Origin: Cycas panzhihuaensis
Lineage: Eukaryota > Plantae > Cycadophyta
Assembly (NCBI GenBank): GCA_023213395.1
Contig: CM041465.1
Span: forward strand, 190,347,741-190,411,740
Length of the DNA stretch: 64,000 nucleotides
Direction: 5' to 3'
The notes below the pieces were generated by a model. The model ran no database searches. It saw only the letters and a list, made by a program, of their open reading frames with translations, and was not told the origin of the DNA. Below are positions 53,791 through 64,000 of this stretch, piece after piece. Made by a program: the position numbers and the translations under genes. Within the stretch, counting starts at the first letter, position 1. Each line of letters opens with the position of its first letter.

Positions 53791-54947
53791 TGAAGAAAAT
53801 TTGATTTGTGGTTTTTCATTTATCTTTAGTAGTTGGATGTTATCAGAGAGAATTTCTACGAAGGCAAGAAAACCATAAGAGCAATAAACATATCCATAAC
53901 GATAGACCACTATTAGAATAATAGAAATATTCATAATGAGCACTTTGATTAATCTTAATTCCTTAATTCATATAACAAACAACCCATGCTACTATTTATA
54001 GCACTATTAAGAGATTTATAAGATGCATAGATTAATAGGAAATATTTTCATAGATGAAAAGATATTTGCCACTAGTAAATTTAAGTATTTGACCATCAAC
54101 ATTATTATGACATTCCATAGATGAACATATATGCTAGAAGGTGAAGTTAAAATTGAAATTACTTCATCCAAGTAAGAGATTATAGATGGATATTCAGTAC
54201 TCCTAACTTAAATTCAAATATATTTATTTAGCAAAACTATTACATAACTACATGTTGTCAACAAAACCTAATAGTGAGAAATGTGACTAAGGGACCTGAT
54301 GGTTAGTGCAAACTATTGACTTTTATGTGCAAGTTGCTTATGCTTGCCAATAGAATTGGAAGCCACTTGCACCACTAATGGTATTTGGTGGATAAGGCCT
54401 TTCTTATTTATTTAAGGCCTATCGAATATAGAAGGAGGATTATTATGTATTAAGATTGTATATAATAGCCTAGCTTAGTACGTCTTCGATTCTCTTTTGA
54501 TGTCCTTATAAGTATTCATCATCTATAATTTTATTTCTCATTGACAATATAGAGAGTCCATTACTTCTATATTATGTCCTATGAGCTATCTAAACTTTTT
54601 AATTTATGGATAATATTAGGGTGATAACATCCTAAATGATATTAGAGCTTAGCTCTCTAATCCATCTATAGTCGTAAGGCATAATCACAAAGAGACGATC
54701 TAGTAGGAGGAAAGAAATTGAGATTTTTTTTTTCTCTTGTGAAAAATAAGAAACCCTCTCTTTCTTATCTTATTCATTTGCTATTATTTTATGTTTGTAT
54801 ATTCTCTCTATGGCATTCTCCCATCAATCACAAAGATTGAGGAAAGATAACAAGCTTTTTTATAGCCTTTTATTTTTCATAGAGACTAGGTAGATACCCT
54901 ATTCCCAAGGTATTAAAACATCCATATGAAGTTGTTATTCTTGGTTA

Positions 54948-57900
54948 TGTTGAGAATACAAGGTCCCAAACCTTGAACCCCCACAAGATCTAAACTATTT
55001 TGTAACTAGTTACAGGAATTGAAACTAAGATTTAACATGCAAGTTCTAAAATTGGAGATAATACAATAACATCAATATACAAGCTAAACATCACATATGC
55101 ACCTAATATAACATGATAAAACCTTAGCAGTGTGCTAGGAAAACATCCACACAGGAAAAGTATCGATCTTTCTTGCTATAGAATGAAGAAAAAATACATC
55201 TCAGTAGCAGAGTGCTCTCAGGAACAAGAACCAATCAACGCCCTCATCACAGTACATTACATTACATTATAACATAATAAGAAAAGCCCTAAAACGGGCT
55301 ACATGAGAGGGACATCCAAGGCATGAATCTCAACCGTAGAATCTAAGGTATTTATATCGAATGACCCTGATTCTCTTTATATTTTAATAAGGTTTACAGG
55401 GCTAATTTTTTGGGTCACGGGCTATCACCCCTGAACCCCCTCTTAACGGGGGTGTTCCAACCCTCCCTGCATCCCCCGGTAAAGGGAGGCTCCTGCCCCC
55501 CTTGGAACCCCCCAAGAAAGATTAGGGGGAGAAATCACACAGAAAACATACCAAAATTTTAGCCTTAATTGATTATTATCACAATATCCAACAATCTCCA
55601 CCTTGACAATAATTTATACATTACCTTTCCTGGACCCTTCATCATCTTTTATATAAGCCAAGCGGAGTCAAACACCATTTGAACTTCTCTACTAGTACTG
55701 GTTTTGTGAATATATCAGCATAATTCTGATTGGTGTGAATCTTCTTAAGTGCCACTCCACCTGCTTCCACAACCTGTCTAACAAAATGGTACTTAAGAGC
55801 AATATGTTTTGTTCTACTGTGATAAGTTGGATTCTTGGCTAGGTAAATAGCACTTTGACTGTCACAAAATACCTTTATATTTTCCTATCTCCTTCCAAGC
55901 TCAACCAATAGACCCTATAACTAGATTGTTTCTTTACAAGCATGTGATGCAGCAACATATTCAACTTCCGTGGTTGACAGTGTAATTGTGCTCTGCAATT
56001 TAGACATCCAACTAACTGGACCATTTGCAAAAGTAAAAATATAACCTGAAGTAGACCTTATTTTGTCTAAATCTCCTACAAAGTCTTAATCGACATATCC
56101 ACAAACTTGATTATATGTACCTCTAAAGGTAATGTACATATAATCAAGTTACACAAACTTGATTATATGTACCTCTAAAGATAAACTTGATTATATGTAC
56201 CTGACAAGTTAGTAGTCACTTGTGCCTCTCAAATACTAAAGCACCTATTTTAGTGCAGCCCAATGTTCCTTTCCTAGATTTGCCATAAACCTACTAACTA
56301 CACTGACTGCATGTGAAATATCAAGTCTTGTACATACTATGGCATACATCAAACTTCCTATTGCACTGGCATAAGGCACACGAGACATATAAGCCTTTTC
56401 TTCTTCACTACTAGGACTCATATTCAAAGAAAGCTTGAAGTGGGAAGCCAATTGGATACTCGCTGGTTTCACATTTACCATACCAAACCTGGTTAGCACC
56501 TTCTCTACATATTTCTACTATGATAATCATAGCTTATTATTTTTCTTGTCTCTATGTATCTCCATGCCTAAGATTTATTTTGCAGCTCCTAGATCCTTCA
56601 TATCAAAAGTCTTAGACAATTGAACCTTTAGCTTATTGATTTCTTCCATGCTCTTGCTTGCAACCAACATGTCATCAACATATAATACTAAGATAATGAA
56701 TAAGCCATTGTCCATAAATTTAAAGTAAACACAATGATCATACTCACTTCTTTTAAAAATTTTGCTCTCCATGAAGGCATCAAACTTCTTGTACCACTGC
56801 CTGGGAGATTGCTTTAGGCCATATAATGATTTCCTGAGCCTGCAAACAAGTCTTCTCCTACCATCTTGTATAAACCCTTCTGGTTGATCCATATAGATCT
56901 CCTCATATAAATCTCCATGTAGAAAAGTTATTTTTACATCTACCTGTTCCAACTCTAAATCAAGAGAAGCTACCAATTCTAATAGCACTTGAATTGAAAC
57001 AAGTTTGACAACTGATGAAAAGATCTCATAAAATTCAATATCTGCTTTCTGTGTAAAACCTTTAGCCACCAGTCTTGCCCTGTATTTATCAACCTTTCCA
57101 TCAATATCTATTTTCTTTTTGAAAACCCACCTGTAACCAATAGTCTTCCTGCCATGCGGAAGTTCTACTAAGTCCCATGAATTATTTTTCTTCAAAGCAT
57201 CTATCTCTTCCTGCATAGCCTTTTTCCACTTCTCACCATGGATATCATCTACTACTTCCTGATAACATGTGGGCTCAACATCATTAGAAACCAAAGTAAT
57301 AGAAATAGAAGGGTTGTACCTGTTAGGTGGATGATTAACTTGTGTAGATCTTTTAATTATTGGCAGATGAGTGTCCACAAACTCCTGTGAATCTATTGCT
57401 GATTCATCTTCAGAATGATCTTCATGCTCTTCTGATTCCATAAATGGATGTATTTCAAACTTGACTTGTTGATGTTCAACTTGCTGCTCCTATTTCATTT
57501 CAACTTCTCCATTGTCTGATTTTTTAAGGGGAGATTCATCAAATACGACATCTCTGTTAATGGCGATTTTGTGGGCAGTAGCCTCCCACAACCTATATCC
57601 ATTCACACCATCCTTATCACCATAACCAACAAAGATATATCTCTTGGATTTTGGGTCTATCTTTGAATGTTTACTTTTGTTAGTCCAAGCATAAACATCA
57701 TAACCAAAAACTTTTAAATTTGAATAATCACATGGATGTCCAGTCCATACCTCTTGAGGAATCTTGTAATCTATTGTAAGTGATGGTGACCTGTTTACCA
57801 GATAGCAAGTTGTTTGAACAACTTCTGCCTACAAGACCTGCTCCATTCGTGCATTACTTAGCATGCTTCTTACTCTTTCCAAGAATGTCATATTCATGCG

Positions 57901-60357
57901 CTCAACAATGCCATTTTGCTGCAGAGTATAGTTAGTGGTCTTGTGTTTTTCAATTCCAACTTCTCTGAGATAGTTCTCAAATTCTAAAGAGTTGAACTCA
58001 CCTTCATTGTCAGTTCTTAAACATTTGATTATCTTACCAGTATTATTCTCAACTAGAGCCTTGAACTGCTTAAACACACTAAACACTTCAAATTTCCATT
58101 TAAAAAAATAGACCCATACTTTCCTGGAGTAATCATTTATAAATATGACAAAATGCAATGATCCTCCAAAAGATATTTTAGGGGTTGATCCCCATACATC
58201 TAAATGTATATAATCCAGAACGCCTTTACTAGTGTGACTTCTTACTTTAAACCTGAGTCTATATTATTTTCCAAAAACACAATGTTTATAGAAACCCAAG
58301 TCTGAAAGCTGTAAGTTAGGAAGTAACTTATGGTTTATCATCACCTTAAGTCCTCTCTCATTCATGTGCCCAAGTCTATGATGCCATAACTGAGCTAGAT
58401 CTTCTACAGTCTTTGATGTTGTAGCTGCTTGGCTGACATCTGTACTTCCCACTAAAATGTAAAGATTTTTGTTCTTTAAGGCTTTCATAACAACAAAGGT
58501 GCCCTTTGACACCTTTAGGACTTCTTCATAACCTATATGCTTATAACCACCCGAATCTAGTTCACCCAAGGAAATCACATTCCTTTTCAGATCAAGTACA
58601 TGTCTAACCTTAGTTAATGTTCTCACTACCCCATCGAACATATTAATCCTAATGCTACCGATGCCTACAATCTTACAAGAAACTTCATTCCCTATAAGCA
58701 CATCACCACCATCAAGAGGTTGGTATGGTGAGAACCAACTCTTGTGTGGGCACATGTGGTGCAAAACACTTAAATCTAACAACCAGTCATGGTGATAATG
58801 AGAAACATTACAAGCAACCAAGACATCATCATCCATACCTTGATTTGACTCAACCTAATTCGCTTCCTTGGTAGGATCTTCTTTTTTTTGGAACTCCTTC
58901 CTTTTGTAATAATCCTTCTTGAGGTGACTGGTCTTATTATAATACCAACACCTGAGCTTACTCTTTTTGCTCTTTGACTTGGACCTCGATGTATCCCTGG
59001 AGTTTTATCCTCTCTCAAGCATTCTACCCCTTACTGTCATGGCTTTTGATGTGGAGATTTCAAGACTAGATTTCCTCTACATTTCTTCCATTGGCAAAGC
59101 ACTCACAATAGAATCACAATCCAATACATCTGTAGTGATAAAACTAATTGAGGTGATAATATTATCTCATGATTTAGGTAATGAGCATAATAAGGTAACA
59201 ACCTTATCCTCATCCTCAATTTTAACATCGATACTAGTCAACCAACAAATAAGATTATTGAAAACATTTGAATGGTTAGCAATTTTTGCACCTTCCTTCA
59301 TCCGTAACGAGTACAGTTGCCTCTTCAGGTAGATTTGATTTGTTCCTGATTTGGTTATATACAGGCCTTCCAATAGGGTCTATAATCCTACTGTTGTCTC
59401 CTCCCCTGCGATGTTAAACAAGACTTCATCTGCCAAGCACAATCATATTGTGCTAAGTGCCTTTTTGTCTAAGTCATCCTAATCATCGTCGTCCATCCCT
59501 ATGGGTTTCTTCGATTTACCTACAAGGGCTTTGTACAAACCCTGTTATACAAGAATATCGTGCACTTTTAGCTTCCATAACTCGAAGTTGTTCTTGCCAT
59601 TGAATTTCTCCACTTCAAACTTTGCACCTGCTAGTTTCGCCATTTGGTGTAGAAAAGCTGACACCAAAACCTTCTTAAACTCACTACAAAATAAAAGTGG
59701 CTATGATACCACTTGTTAAGAATACAAGGTCCCAAACCTTGAACCGCCACAAGATCTAAACTATTTTGCAACTAGCTACAGGAATCAAAACTAAGATTTA
59801 ACATGCAAGTTCTAAAATTAGAGATAATACAATAACATCAATATACAAGATAAACATCACATCTGCACCTGATATAACATGGTAAAACCCTAGCAGTGTG
59901 CTAGGGAAACATCCACATAGGAAAGGTATCAATGTTTAGTGCTGTAGAATGGAAAAATAATACATCTCAGTAGCAGAGTACTCTCAGAAACAACAACCAG
60001 CTGCCGCCCTCATCACAGTACATTACATTACATTACAACATAATAAAAAAAGCCCTAAAATGAGCTACATGAGAGGGACATCCAAGGCATGAATCTCAAC
60101 CGTAGGATCTAGGGTATTTGTATCGAATAACCCTCACTCTCCTTACATTTTAATAAGGTTTACATGGCTAATTTTTCAGGTCAGGGGCTATCGCCTCTAA
60201 ACCCCCTTTTAGTGGGGGGCATTCCACTCCCCCCGCACCCCCTGTCCAAGGGGGGCTCTTGCCCCCATTGGAACCCCCAAGAAAGATTAAGGGGGGAAAC
60301 TGGCCGAAAATATGCCAAAATTTTAGCCTTAAATGACTGTTATCATAATATCCAGCA
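54948..60357 (-). mobile_element. Ty1/copia LTR retrotransposon (copia-4, Tork/Tnt1-like); least-decayed element in the window
   Basis: LTRs 54948-55593 and 59714-60357 with TG...CA ends. Perfect TSD GGTTA at 54943-54947 and 60358-60362. PBS gctatgatacca at 59700-59711. PPT atctccaccttg at 55594-55605. Confidence 0.96.
55655..59643 (-). pseudogene. Copia gag-pol of copia-4, broken by stops and one insertion
   Basis: Gag MAKLAGAKFEVEKFNGKNNFELWK from 59643. ORF 59167-59373 is the UBN2-type gag. ORF 58264-58836 is protease plus GAG-pre-integrase LWHHRLGH. ORF 57829-58158 is integrase. ORFs 56575-57441 (LYVDDML) and 56245-56499 are RT. RNase H ends ...ADIFTKPV. Confidence 0.96.
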
Positions 60358-61469
60358 GGTTAAGCATACTTCGGTATATGTTAGTATATGAAGTGAAGGA
60401 GATTACCTTCTTACACAGGCCCTAAATAGCACCTACATGTGAAAGTGATCCTCAATATACCTTTAACTATATAGAGGGACCCTTTTATGCTCTTTTCCTT
60501 ACCCTAAAATAGGAAACCTATTAACCACTTAAAAATATGTAGTTCACTATTTAGTATTTAGTATTAGGAAGATACCCTTCTCAAATACTTTAGCATGGCT
60601 AGCACAATAATGAGTATAATGATTCTCTATAGTTGATGCCTTAAGATATTAGGCAAAGCATTAGTAATATTTGAGAAGTTTATTGAAAGGCCTACATACT
60701 AGGCAAGCCTTATGTTAAAAGTCTTCCTAAAAAGCTTATTACCTAAATATTGCTAGTATTGAGATAAACTATTAAAAGAAATTAATAATATATGCCTATA
60801 GTTGAAAGGCTAACACAAAGTCATTACAATGAAACATTAAAGAGTGTAATATTAAAAGTAAACATTGAACTTGTTCAAATCCCATTACATAAATTTTCCT
60901 TACTTAAACCTTTAACTACAAAGTCTTAAGGTTTTCATAATGACTTGACAACAAAAAATTGTCAAGAAGTTTATACCTCCACAAGTTCACTTCTATACTT
61001 TGCAAAGTCACTTTTACATAAATTAATTTTTTGGACATAAAACATGTACCTGAGATCTAGATAAAAAAGAAAATTTTCATAACTTAAATTTTACCCTTAT
61101 CCTTCATACATCTTATTTTATTGAGTGCACCATGTTGATAATTTTCCATTAAGTTAGATTCAGCCCAAAATTTTAGGGAAAAAAAAGGTACACATGTACC
61201 TAATGGGTGCATAGCCTAACGTTTACACTTAAAACTCACCTACATTATCTTGATAAGATCTTTGTATTCATCTTAATAAACTAAGTGACATTGTTATAAA
61301 TTTTTGGAGGTTAACAAGCTATATATAACTTCCCTCCTCTTTTTCTCTATCATCCTCTAATTCTTTACATGCATTCTATGTTTTTAATCTTATTTTGTTA
61401 TATTCATTCTTCTCATATAAATCCCCCTTTCTTAAATTCCCTTTCTCTTTTTAGTAGTTTATATTTGAC

Positions 61470-64000
61470 TATATGATGACTCCTACTCAAACAAATCAAC
61501 CTTTTGTATTAGAGACTCATTTAACCATTTTAAATAATGGTGCTATAAATGACATGATTACTGAATCCATTCAATTATCCAATCAACTCAAGAATGATAT
61601 GGCCACCTACTCTACTTAGTTATTTAATTAGCTCATGACCAAGATTATAAAGATAACTAATTAGATGCCCAATATAATTACTCAAATTATTAACATCTTA
61701 TCCTCTTCTAACTTGATGACCATTTCAAACTTAATGAGTGGCCCTCAATCATCTCCACCCTTACAACTGCATTGATAATTATTTTATCACAAAATAAACA
61801 TACTAAATTTTTTATCTCAATCTCAACAAAGATATTATAAGCAGTTAGATTACTAAGCTAAAAACCTACTTTCATCTTAATCCCATACTGACCAATGACT
61901 AATTAATTTATCTCCATTCATTTAGAAGTTGAGGTACATTATTAGTTCCAATGGTAGTAACTTGTATATCTAGGTAATCAAACATGGGCCTAGTTTTACA
62001 AAAGTTTTTATGAATAATATGTGGAAACATAGAACTAATCATTCTTTAGTTAGCTTAATCGATTAAAGTAAATAATGTCTATGGAAGTAAACAAAGAAGA
62101 ATTTAATATTTGTAGAATCATGTTAGTCGGTCATTGGATCAACAAATAGTCATCAATATGTATGTGTTGGGACTTAATGAGTGCATCCAAATGTACATTA
62201 AATATTGCCACTACTAAATTTAAGACATATTATATCCATGGATAACATAATTGAGGTCAAATTTACATTGGAATAGCCTACTTTCCATCATGATTCTACA
62301 TGGTATAACATCCTCAACATATAGAATTTTAATTCAGTGATCATATTAGATGAATCATACTGACCTTTAGTAGAGTACTCACTAGTAGAGCCTTTGCCAA
62401 GTCGAGTTCATGTACTACCTACAAAAATACATTAATGTAGGGAATTTGGACTTAGTATCCAAGACTTAAAGAAATAGACTCTTAGCTATAATAGATCCTA
62501 CAATACTAAGTTTATGTTATCCACCATTGACCTTGGCTTATCCCCTAAAGAAGATTCCAAATCTGACTAAGAACTTGAGGTCTAGAGCTTTCCCCAACAC
62601 CCAAGCTAGAGATATCTATATTTGTTGTCTCTTATCTTGAACAACTATGTATCAAGGGCATCCTTTACAAAACCCCTATCACTATTCTAATCAATGGTTG
62701 TGTATCACTTAACTTCATTGATATATCCCTAGCTAAGTATATTGACCTTTATATTGTCTATAAAACTAGATTTACCTATTCCCTACTAAGATATCATACT
62801 CTTTATTATATAGGAACAATAAAAAATTAATACATCTAAATTAATATTCAAATATAATATCAGACAAACACATAAACTTCATGGTATTTAACCTCCACTA
62901 AATAAACTTCTTCCTAAATTAAATTCATAAGCAATTAAATAGTAGTATTGGACATATAGTGGTTATTAATAATATAAAAAGCTCACATTGGCATCTGCCT
63001 AACCATACAGCATATCCTCATGAAGTACAAGTTTGTCTTCACCCTCTTTATATCCAACCCCCTTCCAGATTATGGTTGTTACCACACCATTTAACTAAAA
63101 TCTCCTCATGATCCAATTAGCCTTAGGTTATATTAGAATTCTTATTTTTTTTTAAATCAGATTAAAAAATTTACTAGTAAGCGAACGAAAATGAGGATTG
63201 TATAGCCTAATAAATGCCTATATATTGCTCTTATTATCCCCATCTATAAAAAGGATGTCTCTTTTTAGCTCTTTATTGATTATTAGGAACTTAGTATGAT
63301 CACCATAAAGAATAAATTCCCAAGCCTAAGGATTGATAATATACTAGATGAAATCAATGGTGCCACCATATTCTCTAAGTTAGATCTTCAATCAAGCTAA
63401 TACTAAATCCTTATTACCCTAGACGATAAACATAAGATGGCCTTCTAAACATATCATAGCCATTTTTAATCCCAATTTATGCCTTTTAGACTATGTAAAG
63501 CTCTAGTAAAATTTCAAGCTTTAATAAATAAAATTTCCCTCTATCTTTGAAAATTTATCATTATCTTCTTTGATGGCTAGAATTAGCATGTCTCTTCACC
63601 TCTAACATTTAGAAACTATTCTTTAAATTCTCATCTAATGCCAATTATATGATAGGCTTTTAATATGTGACTTTAATAAATCTAAATTATAGTATCTGGG
63701 CCATATCATTTCTTTAGAGATGTCTAGGTTAATCTCAATAAAATTTTGGTTGTCACTACATGGCCAACACCCTAATTACATTCTTTCCTAGGACTTGTAG
63801 GATTATACTAATGATTCATTAGAAATTATGTTACCCTTGCAGTCCCATTAATTAATCTACTATAAAAGGATTCATTTTAGTGGTCTCTAGTTATAAATAA
63901 TTCCTTTAATTACCTGAATGTGATCATGTCATCCACTCTAGTCCTTGTCACCCTAAATGTCTCACAACCTTTCTAGTTAGAATTCAATGCTTCTATATTT
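61470..64000 (+). pseudogene. Degenerate gypsy gag-protease-RT of family G copy B
   Basis: [30 protein letters not shown] (~63299-63388), FMPFRLC (~63476) and SFLGLVGYY (~63782) are gypsy RT motifs. Gag at ~61810-61910 matches the reverse complement of ~22205-22310. Confidence 0.8.

Larger units (their letters stand above)
54253..64000 (+). mobile_element. Ty3/gypsy element (family G, copy B), interrupted by copia-4; runs off the right edge
   Basis: 5' LTR ~54253-54634 is homologous to the reverse complement of 24263-24650 (tgatggttag, caagttgcttatg). PBS tgatattagagc at 54637-54648. Leader pieces 54649-54947, 60363-60430 and 61000-61400 match the reverse complements of 23917-24248 and 22730-23090. 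Confidence 0.75.

Noticed and set aside
53838-54252. Solo LTR (tgttatcag...actaca)
   Set aside because: It has TG...CA-like ends but no matching TSD, partner, PBS or PPT, so it is too weak to call.

Overview
AT-rich, strongly CpG-depleted plant nuclear DNA. The element types and decay pattern suggest a large-genome seed plant, probably a gymnosperm; this is inference. No intact host protein-coding gene is recognisable. Most of the window is a nested stack of decayed LTR retrotransposons that can be reconstructed from paired LTRs, tRNA-Met primer-binding sites (PBS), polypurine tracts (PPT) and target-site duplications (TSD). (i) A minus-strand Tekay-like Ty3/gypsy element (<747-32763, ~3.2-kb LTRs) has a 3' LTR split by four later insertions: an LTR element at the window start, two Ty1/copia elements and a second gypsy that itself carries a copia fragment. 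(ii) A plus-strand chromodomain gypsy (39629-53234) hosts a full-length copia and a solo LTR of the same copia family. (iii) A plus-strand sister of the second gypsy (54253->64000) hosts the least-decayed element, a Tork/Tnt1-like copia (54948-60357, perfect GGTTA TSD). (iv) A LINE ORF1 remnant lies at ~34950-35350. The one stretch that clearly departs from this pattern is an ~850-bp CpG-rich island at 33960-34811. It holds a tandem array of palindromic hairpin units, a candidate 81-nt intron, a possible small-HSP-like remnant on the minus strand and a cluster of cis-element-like motifs. It is the best candidate for an unannotated functional (unmethylated regulatory or ncRNA) locus. A patchwork templated insertion typical of polymerase-theta end joining is visible at 56134-56210. 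All alignments and counts were done by eye, and boundaries of the older elements are approximate.
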